Part shown: piece by piece, positions 47,774-58,713 of the stretch
Layout of the letters: each line of letters begins with the position of its first letter
Position numbering within the stretch: position 1 is the first letter of the stretch
NCBI GenBank assembly: GCA_009779935.1
Contig: WRAX01000001.1
Span: 37,758-101,757 of the forward strand
Source of the DNA: Defluviitaleaceae bacterium
GTDB lineage: Bacteria; Bacillota; Clostridia; Lachnospirales; WRAX01
Direction of reading: 5' to 3'
Length of the DNA stretch: 64,000 bases
Notes under the pieces: model-generated
The model's input: the letters and a program-made list of their open reading frames with translations, nothing else
Told to the model about the DNA's origin: nothing
The model's database searches: none
Made by a program: the position numbers and the translations under genes

Positions 47774-50254
47774 TTATTGCAACTTAACCCGCCGCAAACG
47801 CAAGGCATTTAACAGCACAGAAATGGACGAAAATGTCATGGCAATAGCAGCTATCATGGGGTCCAGCAGCGGGCCGCCCGCCAAAAACCACAAGCCCATT
47901 GCAATTGGAATGCAAAGCACATTGTAAAAGAATGCCCAAAACAGGTTTTGCTTGATATTGGTGATGGTTTTGCGGCTTAGTGTAATAGCAGAAACCACGC
48001 TGGACAAATCACCCCGCATAAGCACAATATCAGCGGATTCGATTGCAACATCCGTGCCTTGCCCAATGGCAATGCCCACATCGGCTTGGGCAAGGGCGGG
48101 GGCGTCATTAATACCGTCGCCTACCATGGCAACCTTTTTGCCGTCTGTTTGCAGCTTTTTGATGGTATCCGCTTTATCGGCAGGTAGCACCTCTGCCAGC
48201 ACTTGTGTTATGCCTGCTTGTTTCGCCACCGCTTCGGCGGTTTTTTTGTTGTCGCCTGTTAGCATAATAACTTCTATGCCCATGGCCTGCATCTTTTCCA
48301 CAGCGGCCTTGCTGTCGGCTTTAATAACATCTGCCACAGCAATAATTGCCGCCATTTTCCCGTCAACAGCCATATACATGGGGGTTTTGCCTTCTTCTGC
48401 CAAGGTTTGGGCGTGGTCCACTGCCCACCCAGTGATATTATTTTCGGACATTAGCCGTTGGTTGCCTATAAGTAGGGCTTTGCCATCAATTTCGGCCTTA
48501 ATGCCTTGGCCTGTTATGGCGGTAAAGCCGGTTGGTTCAGTTAGGACAAGCTCCCGCTTCAAAGCTTCGGCAACAATGGCTTCACCCAAAGGATGTTCGG
48601 ACTTTTTTTCGGCAGATGCGGCAAGGCGCAGTATTTCTGCGATATTATAAGCCTCGTCTGCCACGATATCGGTAACATGGGGCTTGCCCACAGTAATCGT
48701 GCCTGTTTTATCCAAAACCACCGTCTGGATTTTATAGGCAGTTTCCAAAGATTCTCCGGATTTGATAAGTACACCGTTTTCGGCCCCCTTGCCCGTACCC
48801 ACCATAATGGATGTAGGTGTGGCAAGCCCCAAGGCGCATGGGCAAGCAACAATCAAAATAGCTATAAAAATGCGCATGGCAAACCAAATTGTGCTGGGCT
48901 CACCTGCTGCATTGGTTGCAATAAAATCCCCGCCAAAAATTGCCCAACCCGCAAGGCTTAAAATGGCTATAATGATAATGGCAGGCACAAACTTTTCGCT
49001 TATGGCATCCGCAAGGGCGGCAATTGGGGCTTTGCTGCCCTGCGCCTGCTCCACCAATTTAATTATTTGGGACAGGGCAGTGTCACGCCCAACCTTGGTG
49101 GCACGATATTTTATGGATCCGTTTTTGTTGATACTTGCGCCAATTACAGCATCACCAACAGCCTTGCCAACAGGCATGGATTCCCCTGTAAGCATGGATT
49201 CGTCCACACTGGTTTCGCCTTCGGTTACAATGCCATCCACGGGCATTTTCTCCCCCGGGCGCACGATGATGATATCGCCCACGGCAACCTCATCAATATA
49301 AACCTCCACTTCCTCGCCATTGCGGATGATTTTGGCGGTTTTTGGGGCAAGCCCCATTAGCTTTTTAATGGCTTCACCGGTTTTGCCTTTGGCAATACTT
49401 TCCATATACTTGCCCATAACGATAAGGGTTAAAATCACACCTACAATCTCAAAAAACGGCTCGTAATTGGCGGCAAAGAAGATATTGGCAAAGGTTAGGT
49501 ACAAGCTGTAAACAAACGCCGCCGCTGTACCCTTAGCGATTAGCGAATCCATATTGGGGCTGCGCTTAACAAATAGGGCATTAAATCCACGTGTATAAAT
49601 TTTCCAATTTACAATTACCACGGGCAGGGTTAGTGCCAGTTGGATTATGGTGTTTTGCCAAGCAAATTCATGTAAAATCCAATGGTGTAACTGCGGCCGC
49701 CCAAAAAGGTGCAGGGCATGGGGTCCCATGGCAATCAAAAACAAGGGTAGGGTAAAAATTGCAGATATTATCAGCCTTTTGCGCAGGGCAAGGGTTTCTT
49801 GTTGTTTACGGGCGGCTTCCACATCCACACTTTCTTCTTCCAAAAGCTCAAAGCCGGCCTTTTTTGCAGCTTTTATCACATCCACCACCGAAACCTCGGT
49901 CATATTATAGGTAAGATGCAGTTTTTCGGCGGCAAAGTTTACGCTTGCTTCCGTAACACCATTAAGCCGCTTAACTGTGCGCTCCAATGCGCCCGAGCAG
50001 GCTGCGCATGTCATACCCCCCACCTTAAAAATACGGGTGCCTGATGGTATTTCCAAGCCAAAGCCGGCTTTTTTTGCAGCGGCTATCACTTCATCCAAGC
50101 TTATAACATCCTTATCAAAAGTTAGGGACAGTTTTTCCGTGGCAAAGTTTACGCTGGCTTGCAAAACCCCTTCTTTGCGGCCCAGGGTGCGTTCCAATGC
50201 GCCAGAGCAGGCTGCGCATGTCATACCTGATATATTTAGTAACATGGTTTCCAT
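47774..50254 (-). CDS. copA: Copper-translocating P-type ATPase with two N-terminal HMA domains
   Basis: Two copies of [13 protein letters not shown], the CPC motif ([11 protein letters not shown]), DKTGT and GDGINDAP. Confidence 0.97.
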   Translation of the reverse strand: METMLLNISGMTCAACSGALERTLGRKEGVLQASVNFATEKLSLTFDKDVISLDEVIAAAKKAGFGLEIPSGTRIFKVGGMTCAACSGALERTVKRLNGVTEASVNFAAEKLHLTYNMTEVSVVDVIKAAKKAGFELLEEESVDVEAARKQQETLALRKRLIISAIFTLPLFLIAMGPHALHLFGRPQLHHWILHEFAWQNTIIQLALTLPVVIVNWKIYTRGFNALFVKRSPNMDSLIAKGTAAAFVYSLYLTFANIFFAANYEPFFEIVGVILTLIVMGKYMESIAKGKTGEAIKKLMGLAPKTAKIIRNGEEVEVYIDEVAVGDIIIVRPGEKMPVDGIVTEGETSVDESMLTGESMPVGKAVGDAVIGASINKNGSIKYRATKVGRDTALSQIIKLVEQAQGSKAPIAALADAISEKFVPAIIIIAILSLAGWAIFGGDFIATNAAGEPSTIWFAMRIFIAILIVACPCALGLATPTSIMVGTGKGAENGVLIKSGESLETAYKIQTVVLDKTGTITVGKPHVTDIVADEAYNIAEILRLAASAEKKSEHPLGEAIVAEALKRELVLTEPTGFTAITGQGIKAEIDGKALLIGNQRLMSENNITGWAVDHAQTLAEEGKTPMYMAVDGKMAAIIAVADVIKADSKAAVEKMQAMGIEVIMLTGDNKKTAEAVAKQAGITQVLAEVLPADKADTIKKLQTDGKKVAMVGDGINDAPALAQADVGIAIGQGTDVAIESADIVLMRGDLSSVVSAITLSRKTITNIKQNLFWAFFYNVLCIPIAMGLWFLAGGPLLDPMIAAIAMTFSSISVLLNALRLRRVKLQ

Positions 50255-50255
50255 T

Positions 50256-50525
50256 TTACATCATCCTTCCCACGGTTTTTATTAAATCTTCTGTCGCTTG
50301 CCCATCACCTTTTTCAAGGCGGGGGGTTATGCAGGTTTTTATGTGGCTTGCCACCAAAAGCTGCGCCACCGAGCCGATAGACTTTTGTACAGACAAAATT
50401 TGGGCAATTACATCATCACAATTTGCGCCTTCTTCTACCATGCGCTTAATACCCCTCACCTGACCTTCTATTCGGTTAAGGTGGGTGGTTGTTTTTTTGA
50501 TAATTTCAGGGGGTCGGTTATTCAT
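50256..50525 (-). CDS. csoR: CsoR-family copper-sensing repressor
   Basis: 89 aa with [26 protein letters not shown]...H..C, the CsoR W-X-Y-Z ligand pattern. Confidence 0.9.
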   Translation of the reverse strand: MNNRPPEIIKKTTTHLNRIEGQVRGIKRMVEEGANCDDVIAQILSVQKSIGSVAQLLVASHIKTCITPRLEKGDGQATEDLIKTVGRMM

Positions 50526-50542
50526 TTTATCACCTCAAATTA

Positions 50543-50572
50543 AATATACCATACCCCCTATGGGTATGTCAA
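50543..50572 (-). promoter_or_regulatory. csoR-copA promoter (TTGACA-18-TATATT) with a CsoR operator palindrome in the spacer
   Basis: ATACCCCCTATGGGTAT dyad at 50551-50567, between -35 (50572-50567) and -10 (50548-50543). Confidence 0.7.
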
Positions 50573-50688
50573 GTATTTTTATTAATTAAAAATACATAAT
50601 GGTGACATTTGTCACTGTTATAGTTTAATCTTTGATGGTACACTTATTTTAGTTTCAAAACAAAAACCAAACTTGGAGGTAGTACATA

Positions 50689-51375
50689 ATGAAAATTTTA
50701 GTAATAGACGGTTCGCCAAGGGGCGAGCAAAGCAACACCATGGTATTGACAAAGGCATTTTTAGAAGGTGCCGGCTGGGCAGAAAATGCGGAATTTGTTT
50801 CTGTGCCGAAATTAGACATCAAGGGTTGTGTTGGCTGCTTTACCTGTTGGACAGCAACACCGGGTGTTTGCGATTTTAAAGACGACATGGCAGAGATTTT
50901 GCCCAAGATTGTGGCAGCAGATGTACTGATTTGGTCTTTCCCGCTATATTCTTCAATTATGCCGGGTCAATTAAAAATCTTTATGGACCGCATGTTGCCA
51001 TTAAATTTGCCGGAAATGATGGCAGGCACCGAAAGCGGCCAACACCCATTGCGTTACGATATGAGCAAGAAAAAGTATATGATGATTTCCACTTGCGGCT
51101 TTTGGACACACAAGGGCAACTACGATGCTGTAATGGCAATGTTTAGCCGTGGTGCTATGGATTTCCAAACCATTTTTGCAGGACAAGGCGAGCTTTTCAA
51201 AATCGCTAAGGTTGATGATGAATTAAAGGAATTGGTAACGCCATTTTTGAACAATGTACGCAAAGCAGGCAAAGAGTTTGCTGAGGGTGAAATTGCGCCC
51301 GAAACCCAAGCCGTACTTGCAGAACCCCTTTTGCCGCAGGAGGTTTATGAAAGCTTCGCAAACGCTTCTTGGTAA
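50689..51375 (+). CDS. Flavodoxin-family / NADPH-dependent FMN reductase-like (iron-sulfur flavoprotein-like) protein
   Basis: MKILVIDGSPRGEQSNT, a CVGCFTCW cysteine cluster and LIWSFPLY. Confidence 0.7.
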   Translation: MKILVIDGSPRGEQSNTMVLTKAFLEGAGWAENAEFVSVPKLDIKGCVGCFTCWTATPGVCDFKDDMAEILPKIVAADVLIWSFPLYSSIMPGQLKIFMDRMLPLNLPEMMAGTESGQHPLRYDMSKKKYMMISTCGFWTHKGNYDAVMAMFSRGAMDFQTIFAGQGELFKIAKVDDELKELVTPFLNNVRKAGKEFAEGEIAPETQAVLAEPLLPQEVYESFANASW

Positions 51376-51386
51376 TCACCCTTAAT

Positions 51387-51424
51387 AAAACGCCACTCAG
51401 CCTGCAATGGCAAGTGGCGTTTTA
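51387..51424. terminator. Bidirectional rho-independent terminator
   Basis: aaaacgccact / agtggcgtttt stem between convergent genes. Confidence 0.85.
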
Positions 51425-52249
51425 TTAATTTAACACAAATTTTTGTATGGCTTCCGCCACAGCACCTTGTTCTGCATTTTTTTGGGTTACATGCCCCGCT
51501 ATGGCTTTGGCGGCATCCACGCCATTTGCTACGGCAACGCCCATTCCTGCCGTTTCCAGCATGGTTAGGTCGTTATAATTGTCTCCCATGGCCATGGTTT
51601 CGGCTACATCTATGCCCAGCTTTTCGCAAAGCCATTGTAAAGCAATCCCCTTACTGGCCCGTGGCGAACCAATTTCCAGCAAATATTCTGATGAGAAGAA
51701 AACCTCGGCGGCATCACCAAGCTCCATTATAAGCTCCCGCCTAAATGCTTCCAGCGGCTCCCGCCAGCCAATAAAAACAACCTTTACGGCATGCCCTGCC
51801 GCTTCTGTGTCACCTTGCACATCGTGGGTAAAATGTATCTCTGTCTGGGATATTTTGGAATAGTTTTCGGCAGTGGTACTGCCATGTTCCGTTAAAATGT
51901 TATCCGAATCTCTATATACAAAAATCTCAATTTCGCCTTTGCGGGGGCGGTTGTTAAACAACCTAATAGCCCCCAACACCGCATCAAATTGTGGATGCTC
52001 TTCATGCACAACCGCTTCCTGCTCCACACTATACACTGCACCGCCGTTAAAGCTTATTATATAGGCGTTTTTGGTGGGCAAGCCCAAATCGTCATGCAAC
52101 TGCCGCAGGCTTTTATGGGAACGGCCCGAACACAGCACAAAAGCCACCCCTGCATCCACAGCGGCACTTATGGCTGCGCGGTTGTCAGGATGAATGACCA
52201 AATCCTCGCCCATAAGCGTACCATCCACATCACTTGCAATTAATTTATA
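51425..52249 (-). CDS. Cof-type HAD-IIB phosphatase
   Basis: KLIASDVDGTL motif I and a C-terminal GDNYNDLTML motif. Confidence 0.88.
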   Translation of the reverse strand, partial: YKLIASDVDGTLMGEDLVIHPDNRAAISAAVDAGVAFVLCSGRSHKSLRQLHDDLGLPTKNAYIISFNGGAVYSVEQEAVVHEEHPQFDAVLGAIRLFNNRPRKGEIEIFVYRDSDNILTEHGSTTAENYSKISQTEIHFTHDVQGDTEAAGHAVKVVFIGWREPLEAFRRELIMELGDAAEVFFSSEYLLEIGSPRASKGIALQWLCEKLGIDVAETMAMGDNYNDLTMLETAGMGVAVANGVDAAKAIAGHVTQKNAEQGAVAEAIQKFVLN

Positions 52250-52263
52250 CATAAATACCCCCA

Positions 52264-52755
52264 TTAAAATACTATTCGTGTAACCACTTCATCTTCGTTA
52301 ATCTTTCCGGTTTCCACAAAGCCACAGGCCGCAATAAATTTTCGCATAACTTCATTTTCAGGCTTAAACGATGTGTAAAACGACCCGGCTTCGCCAAGTG
52401 GGCGGGTTTTTACATATTCGATAATCAAAGCCATTGCCACCTTGCCAAAACCGCACCCTTGAAACCGCTTATCAAGCATAAAGCGGGATAGGTAGTAACA
52501 AGATTCACCATCACCGCCTGCATAGCTTTTCTTGCCGCTTGGCAAATAGTAAATCATGGCAAAGCCTACCACTTCATCATCATTACAAATAGTAAATACG
52601 GTGAAGGGCTCGCCATCATCACCTGCTGCCAATTCCAAATAGGCCTCTGCAAGGCTTGCGTAATTTGGTGCAAGAAAGCCCTTTTGATGCTCTTCCACTT
52701 GCAGCTGGCACACAGCTACATAGTTATCCCATGAAATGGGTTGTAAGTTTATCAT
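52264..52755 (-). CDS. GNAT-family acetyltransferase (paralog 3 of a tandem trio, diamine-acetyltransferase-like)
   Basis: The start at 52755 (MINLQPISWDNY...) follows GGGGG. The ORF-track extension overlaps the upstream paralog. Confidence 0.75.
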   Translation of the reverse strand: MINLQPISWDNYVAVCQLQVEEHQKGFLAPNYASLAEAYLELAAGDDGEPFTVFTICNDDEVVGFAMIYYLPSGKKSYAGGDGESCYYLSRFMLDKRFQGCGFGKVAMALIIEYVKTRPLGEAGSFYTSFKPENEVMRKFIAACGFVETGKINEDEVVTRIVF

Positions 52756-52768
52756 TATTATGCCCCCA

Positions 52769-53215
52769 TTAAAATACCAGCTGCGCCACCACTTCATTGC
52801 GAAAAAGTTGTCCGGTTTCCGCAAATCCAAGGTTTGCAAAAAAAATGCGGGCGGCTTGGTTGCCTTGAGAATAGCGTAAATGTATGTGGGTAGCATCATT
52901 TCTCACCTTTACATGTTGCACAAATATTTCCATTGCCGCCCTGCCAAACCCTCGGCTCTGAAACCTTTTGTCAATCATAAGGGTGTCCAGATAGCAGTCA
53001 CCTTCGCCATAAATGGCCATGATAAATCCCACAACCACATCACCATCGCAAACAGCCAAAGTGACAACTTCTTCACCATCCTCGGCTATAACTTCCACAT
53101 AAGCCCCTGCCAAGCAGGCGGCATTAGATACCAAAAAGCCTTTTTGGTCGTCAGCCACTTCCAGCTCAATAACATTCTCAAAATTATACCTTGTTACCGG
53201 TTTTAGGGTTATCAT
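52769..53215 (-). CDS. GNAT-family acetyltransferase (paralog 2)
   Basis: MITLKPVTRYNFENVIELEVADDQKGFL... is parallel to its neighbours. It carries the RFQSRGFGRAAM motif A. Confidence 0.75.
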   Translation of the reverse strand: MITLKPVTRYNFENVIELEVADDQKGFLVSNAACLAGAYVEVIAEDGEEVVTLAVCDGDVVVGFIMAIYGEGDCYLDTLMIDKRFQSRGFGRAAMEIFVQHVKVRNDATHIHLRYSQGNQAARIFFANLGFAETGQLFRNEVVAQLVF

Positions 53216-53276
53216 TGTAGCACCTCTTCGCCCTTGGGCTTATACTCATTTCCTGCAAAAATAGCACCAATCCAAT

Positions 53277-53759
53277 TCAAATACCCATCCGTGCCACAAC
53301 TTCGCCCCACTTAACTTCCCCGGTTTCTACAAAACCAAGGCTTTCATAAAGCTTGCGGGCGTTTTCATTTTCCGGCATAAAGCACACGTAAAAACATGCG
53401 CCCTTACCATAGGGCTGGGTTTTAACATGGTCAATAACCAGTTGTGCCGCCGCTTTGCCATATCCTTTGCCCTGAAACTGCTTGCCAATCATAAAACGGT
53501 TAAAGAGATAAAATGGCTGGTCATCACCGTTAAATGGGTTTGGATCTGTGGCGGCATCTTCAAAACGTATCATGGCAAAGCCCACGGGGTTTTCTCCGTC
53601 AAAAATTCCAAAAACATGCCGTGTTGCAACACTATCATCGTTCATGGCGGCATAAGCTTCGGCAATACTGTTGGCATTGGGGGAAATAAACCCCTTTTGG
53701 CACTCATGCACTTCCAAATCACAAATTAAGTCCACATTTTCCCAATTTATTGGCTGCAA
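53277..53759 (-). CDS. GNAT-family acetyltransferase (paralog 1)
   Basis: MQPINWENVDLICDLEVHECQKGFI..., with the QFQGKGYGKAAA motif A. Confidence 0.75.
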   Translation of the reverse strand: MQPINWENVDLICDLEVHECQKGFISPNANSIAEAYAAMNDDSVATRHVFGIFDGENPVGFAMIRFEDAATDPNPFNGDDQPFYLFNRFMIGKQFQGKGYGKAAAQLVIDHVKTQPYGKGACFYVCFMPENENARKLYESLGFVETGEVKWGEVVARMGI

Positions 53760-53785
53760 AGTTATTATTTCATCATCCCCCCATC

Positions 53786-54925
53786 CTACTTTTTGCGCTT
53801 ACCAAAAAAGCTTTTTTTGCCGCTGTCCATATTATCCACATCTTCCCCGCCTTCGCCTGCAAATTGGCGCAAAAGCTCCTTTTGGCTGTCGGAAAGGTTT
53901 TTAGGCACAACCAATTTTAAGTTTACAAGCAAATCCCCGTTACGGTTTGGGGCATTTATCAGGGGCATGCCTTTGTTTTTAAGGGTTACAACGGTTTCGG
54001 GCTGTGTGCCTGCAGGTATGTTGTGCCTCTCCTCGCCATAGGGGGTTTCAAAGGTTATTTCTGCCCCTAAAGCCGCCTGCGCAAAGGATATATTTTTCTC
54101 CATAAACAGGTGGTTGCCTTTGCGCTTAAAAAGCTTGTGGGCACTTACCATTATGCGCACATAAAGGTCACCACGGGGGGCGCCTGCATCGCCGGCCTCG
54201 CCTTGCCCGGAGTATTTGATGTGCTGGCCATTTTCGATACCCTTCGGCACCTTAACCACAATGTTGCGTGATTTGTTAATTTTACCACGGCCGCCGCAGG
54301 GCGCACACTTTTCTTTGATTATTTTGCCCGTACCACGGCACACTTTACAAGCATTGGTGGTTTCCATGTAACCAAGAATGGTTTGCATGGTTTGGCGCAC
54401 CTGGCCGGATCCGCCGCAACCGCCGCAATTTTCCGCAACCGTACCAGCTTTTGCCCCACTACCTTTACAGTCCTCACAGTTATCCTTTATGGACAGCTGC
54501 ACCTCCCGCTCTGCCCCGTTCACCGCATCCATAAAGTCCACGGTTATGCTGGCTTCCACATCATTTCCGCGGGCGGGCCCACGGCGGCGCCCGCCGCCAC
54601 GGTTCCCAAAGCCACTAAAGCTTCCTGTCATATTTCGCAAAATTTCTTCCAAATCATCAAAGCCGGTGCCTCTAAAACCGCCGGCTCCGCCGCCAAAGCC
54701 GCCTTGGGGCGCATGCCCAAACTGGTCATATTTGGCACGCTTTTGGGGGTCGCTAAGCACATCATAAGCTTCGCTAACCTGGCTAAATTTTTCTGCTGCC
54801 GCATCATCCCCCGGATTGTTATCGGGGTGGTATTTTTTCACCGCCGCCCGATATGCTTTTTTAATCTCGTCCTCCCCGGCCCCTTTGCTTATGCCCAAAA
54901 GCTGGTAATAATCTTGCTTTGCCAT
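53786..54925 (-). CDS. dnaJ: Molecular chaperone DnaJ
   Basis: J domain (YYQLLGISKGA...HPD), a G/F region and four CxxCxGxG zinc motifs. Confidence 0.97.
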   Translation of the reverse strand: MAKQDYYQLLGISKGAGEDEIKKAYRAAVKKYHPDNNPGDDAAAEKFSQVSEAYDVLSDPQKRAKYDQFGHAPQGGFGGGAGGFRGTGFDDLEEILRNMTGSFSGFGNRGGGRRRGPARGNDVEASITVDFMDAVNGAEREVQLSIKDNCEDCKGSGAKAGTVAENCGGCGGSGQVRQTMQTILGYMETTNACKVCRGTGKIIKEKCAPCGGRGKINKSRNIVVKVPKGIENGQHIKYSGQGEAGDAGAPRGDLYVRIMVSAHKLFKRKGNHLFMEKNISFAQAALGAEITFETPYGEERHNIPAGTQPETVVTLKNKGMPLINAPNRNGDLLVNLKLVVPKNLSDSQKELLRQFAGEGGEDVDNMDSGKKSFFGKRKK

Positions 54926-55292
54926 TTCTTATCCCCTTCACTTTCTTCAAAATCGTTGTTATTTCAGAACCTGTCTAGGCGTGTTAACATAAATGGGCCA
55001 TGCGAATTTGCACAGCGGGTTTTCGTCCTACACGGACTGGGCAATAGTACATAACCTCCTGGAGCCGATTTTTGCAACCGCTAGGCTTTTTAACTTGGCA
55101 AAGCCAAGGGTGGTGAAAGCGTACTTTTTTGAACAAGTTCCAAAAAGTAGAGAGCAGAAAAATCGTGTGAGGGGTTATGCACCATTGCCGCTGGGTTTTA
55201 CCGTGTACCCAAAGGCACACAAGAAACACGGGATGCAGCAGGTGGGAAAGCAAGCCCGCAAAGACGTATGGCAGCTTATTGCAGGCAGGTTC

Positions 55293-55706
55293 TTAGTGCG
55301 GGTCTTTTCTCATAGCAAACCCTCTGCTTGTTTTGAAGCCGTATTTTTCATATAAACTATGCGCATCCTTTGTTTCAAGTATGCCTAACAGGGGTGCAAA
55401 CGTTTCGTGTTCTGTAATAAATTTAATTAAAATTTTACCTAAGCCCTGCCCTCTGTACTTATCATCAATAACCACATCGGCTAAATAATACAGTGTGGAG
55501 AAATCTGTTACGCATCTGGCAAACCCAATTAAAGCACTATCTTTATAAATCCCGAAACAAAATGAATTTTCTACCGATAAATCTACCATTTCTCTTGTTA
55601 TCCACTTCTCTGTCCAATATTGTTGTTTAAGAAGTTCATAAACACGGTCAATTTGAATTAACGATTTGTCGTCGCTTAATAAAAATCCATTGTAATTTAT
55701 CTCCAC
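55293..55706 (-). CDS. GNAT-family N-acetyltransferase
   Basis: 137 aa with the YRGQGLGKILI motif A. Confidence 0.8.
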   Translation of the reverse strand: MEINYNGFLLSDDKSLIQIDRVYELLKQQYWTEKWITREMVDLSVENSFCFGIYKDSALIGFARCVTDFSTLYYLADVVIDDKYRGQGLGKILIKFITEHETFAPLLGILETKDAHSLYEKYGFKTSRGFAMRKDPH

Positions 55707-55763
55707 TTATGCACTCCTCTTCATCTTGGCTTTTTGTGAATAAACAAACTAAAATGGCAATGG

Positions 55764-56348
55764 TCAGTAGCATAAAGCCATCTGCCGCAGTTTTTCATAA
55801 TCATCTCTGGTTAGTCCAAATAGGATTTCATCATGATGCATCCCGCCGGAATATATCATTTGTCGGCGAACCCCTTCTTGCTGGCAACCCAGCTTTTTAA
55901 GCATGGCGGCAGATGCCACATTGCCGTCAAGCACCGAGCCGTAATATTTATTTAAGCGACGTTCTTCAAAAGCGTATTTCATCATCAATTTCATTGCAGC
56001 CGTGCCGTATCCCTTGCCCCTGTGTTGCCCATCAATCTGCAATCCGATAGAGAATGTGCCGTTTCGCTCATTAACGCTGTTTAGGTTTATAGCACCGACT
56101 ACGTTACCTTCCAAATCTTCAATGGCAAGCATTGTATTTTTACGGATGGTTTCTGGGTTTGTAAAGGTTTCGATTACCTCACGGGCTTCCTTTTCGGTTG
56201 GTGGTAATTCAACTATATAATCTACAAGCAGGCGGGCAGGGGTGTCGAACCTATTAACATAGAACATTTCCCAGTCACTTTCCTGCAACCACCGCAACCG
56301 TACCAAGTCATTTTGCCAAAAATAATCTCTATGTCCAATTTTTCTCAT
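55764..56348 (-). CDS. GNAT-family N-acetyltransferase (RimJ/RimL-like)
   Basis: 194 aa with HRGKGYGTAAM motif A. Confidence 0.8.
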   Translation of the reverse strand: MRKIGHRDYFWQNDLVRLRWLQESDWEMFYVNRFDTPARLLVDYIVELPPTEKEAREVIETFTNPETIRKNTMLAIEDLEGNVVGAINLNSVNERNGTFSIGLQIDGQHRGKGYGTAAMKLMMKYAFEERRLNKYYGSVLDGNVASAAMLKKLGCQQEGVRRQMIYSGGMHHDEILFGLTRDDYEKLRQMALCY

Positions 56349-56412
56349 AAAATTACCTCATTCGTATTGTTCGGAAAAAGGGCGGAAGGTTTCCGCCCCT
56401 GCACCCTTGTTT

Positions 56413-58269
56413 TTATTCGTCGTCTTTCTTTTCTTCATACTCCCCTTCAAATGTGCCGTCATCATTTACATTGCCTGTTTCCGCTTCTGCACCCTGCGCT
56501 GCTTCGGCGGCGGCTTGGTATACCTTTGCGGCAACTTCGTGCATAACTTTTGTTAGGGCTTCAATTTCCACCTTTAACTTATCTGCATCGTCTTTTGTCA
56601 TTCCATCGGCAACCATGCCTTCGTTGATGGATTTTAGGCTTTCCAATGCTGTATTTAACGCTTCTTTGTCCTCTTCTGTAATAACTTCCGGGTTATCGCT
56701 CATCAGCTTTTCGGTTTGGAATATTATGCTGTCCGCTTCGTTTTTGGTATCAACAATTTCTTTGCGGGCACGGTCCGCTTCTTCAAATTGGGCGGCTTCG
56801 TCCACAGCTTTTTTAATATCCTCATCACTCATCTTAGATGAAGCTGTTATGGTTATTTTCTGCTCCTTACCCGTACCCAAATCTTTGGCGGCAACATTTA
56901 CAATGCCGTTGGCATCAATGTTAAAGCTAACCTCTATTTGTGGCACGCCACGTGGGGCGGGCAAAATACCATCTAAGCGGAATTGGCCAAGCACTTTATT
57001 ATCCCTTGCAAATTGGCGTTCGCCTTGCACAATTACAATGTCCACAGCTGTTTGGTTGTCCGCCGCCGTAGAAAACACTTGGCTGTGGGTTTTGGGGATG
57101 GATGTGTTGCGTTCGATAAGCTTGGTTGCTACGCCGCCAAGGGTTTCAATACCCAGGGACAATGGTGTTACATCAACCAAAATCAAATCCTTCAAAGCAT
57201 CATCACCGGACAGCTTGCCGCCTTGTATTGCAGCACCAATTGCAACACATTCGTCGGGGTTAATGCCCTTAAACGGCTCATGCCCTGTAATATTTTTAAC
57301 AGCATCTTGGATTGCAGGGATGCGTGTGCTGCCACCCACCAACAATACACGGGTAAGCCCGGATGCGGAAATGCCTGCATCTTTCAAGGCTGTGTGTACT
57401 GGCTCTATGGTCTGTTTCACCAAATCGTCACTTAACTCGTTAAACTTGGCACGGGTAAGCTTTACATCAAGGTGCTTTGGGCCATCCTGGTTTGCCGTGA
57501 TAAATGGAATGTTAATATCCGTCTGGGTAACAGTGGAAAGTTCCTTTTTGGCCTTTTCCGCTTCCACTTTAATGCGCTGCATGGCGGCCTTATCTTTGCT
57601 AAGGTCAATGCCCTCGGTGTTTTTGAACTCCTTCACCAAAAAGTCAATTATGCGCTCATCAAAATCATCACCGCCAAGGTGGTTTACGCCGTTGGTGGAT
57701 AAAACCTCCACCACCCCATCACCAATATCGATAACAGACACGTCAAATGTGCCGCCGCCAAGGTCATAAACAAGTATTTTTTCGCTTTTTTCTGTATCCA
57801 AGCCATAGGCCAGGGAAGCGGATGTGGGCTCGTTTATAATGCGCTTTACATCAAAGCCGGCAATACGCCCGGCATCCACGGTGGCTTGCCGCTCGTCATC
57901 ACCAAAATAGGCGGGTACGGTAATAACGGCCTCTGTCACTTCTCCGCCTAAATAGGCTTCCGCATCTGCTTTAAGCTTTTGCAAAATCATGGCAGATACT
58001 TCCTGCGGGTTGTATTGTTTGCCTTCGATTGTAATTTTCTCTTTTGTACCCATCAAACGCTTAATGGACATAACTGTGTTTTCGGGGTTTGTAATGGCTT
58101 GGCGTTTAGCCGCCTCGCCTACCAAACGCTCGCCGCCCTTGGTAAAGCCCACGATGGATGGGGTTGTGCGCCCACCCTCGCTGTTAGGGATAACAACGGG
58201 CTTTCCGCCCTCCATAACCGCTACACATGAATTTGTTGTTCCTAAATCAATTCCGATAATTTTTGACAT
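56413..58269 (-). CDS. dnaK: Molecular chaperone DnaK
   Basis: [28 protein letters not shown]. 618 aa. Confidence 0.98.
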   Translation of the reverse strand: MSKIIGIDLGTTNSCVAVMEGGKPVVIPNSEGGRTTPSIVGFTKGGERLVGEAAKRQAITNPENTVMSIKRLMGTKEKITIEGKQYNPQEVSAMILQKLKADAEAYLGGEVTEAVITVPAYFGDDERQATVDAGRIAGFDVKRIINEPTSASLAYGLDTEKSEKILVYDLGGGTFDVSVIDIGDGVVEVLSTNGVNHLGGDDFDERIIDFLVKEFKNTEGIDLSKDKAAMQRIKVEAEKAKKELSTVTQTDINIPFITANQDGPKHLDVKLTRAKFNELSDDLVKQTIEPVHTALKDAGISASGLTRVLLVGGSTRIPAIQDAVKNITGHEPFKGINPDECVAIGAAIQGGKLSGDDALKDLILVDVTPLSLGIETLGGVATKLIERNTSIPKTHSQVFSTAADNQTAVDIVIVQGERQFARDNKVLGQFRLDGILPAPRGVPQIEVSFNIDANGIVNVAAKDLGTGKEQKITITASSKMSDEDIKKAVDEAAQFEEADRARKEIVDTKNEADSIIFQTEKLMSDNPEVITEEDKEALNTALESLKSINEGMVADGMTKDDADKLKVEIEALTKVMHEVAAKVYQAAAEAAQGAEAETGNVNDDGTFEGEYEEKKDDE

Positions 58270-58283
58270 ATTTTTTCTTCCTC

Positions 58284-58478
58284 CTAAATCTTTTCTTTTA
58301 TTCCTGCTAATTTTAAGTATTCATTGGCACTATGCCTATTTTCGATTTTTCCATCAATAGCGAATCTCTTGCCCGTTATTGGGCTGAACCAAATCTCATG
58401 GTCACCCTTACCATGGCGCACAAATTGACAGCCTTTATTTAATAGCAAATTCTTGACTCTGCGTGTATAATTTGCCAT
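58284..58478 (-). CDS. hicA: HicA-family toxin (second copy in the window)
   Basis: 64 aa with [22 protein letters not shown] (HicA-like GxH..W core). Its stop lies 14 nt before the dnaK ATG. Confidence 0.65.
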   Translation of the reverse strand: MANYTRRVKNLLLNKGCQFVRHGKGDHEIWFSPITGKRFAIDGKIENRHSANEYLKLAGIKEKI

Positions 58479-58701
58479 CGTCCAGCCCTTTCAAAACATC
58501 CATTCGTTCGGTTTCAAATATCAGTTGCACAGGCCCTGTGTATTGGTAACTTAACTCAAACATCTCCCTCACAGCCATGCGAACCCGCTCCACCAAAGCG
58601 TCAAAAGAGCCTGATTCCAGCGTCAAGCCAAATTTTTCATCATCAATGGAGCTGTACCAGATTCCATTATCCCAAATCATTTTAACTTTGCAAGTTCTCA
58701 T
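58435..58701 (-). CDS. DUF1902-domain protein (HicB-like antitoxin N-terminal domain)
   Basis: 88 aa. IWDNGIWYSSIDDEKFGLTLESGSFDALVERV fits the DUF1902 pattern. It overlaps the hicA start by 44 nt. Confidence 0.55.
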   Translation of the reverse strand: MRTCKVKMIWDNGIWYSSIDDEKFGLTLESGSFDALVERVRMAVREMFELSYQYTGPVQLIFETERMDVLKGLDDGKLYTQSQEFAIK

Positions 58702-58713
58702 GGGGTTACCTCC

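Noticed and set aside
54984-55253. 89-aa minus ORF and 120-aa + ORF (54993-55355) in the dnaJ-upstream spacer
   Set aside because: Their Cys/Trp/His-rich composition is unlike real proteins. The AGGAGG-ATG spacing is only 2 nt for the embedded 22-aa frame. The region is treated as non-coding and reported as an unexplained spacer.
56453-57769. 438-aa + strand ORF
   Set aside because: It is antisense to dnaK. It is Ser/Ala-rich and low-complexity, with no RBS. It is a shadow ORF of a GC-skewed, codon-biased gene.
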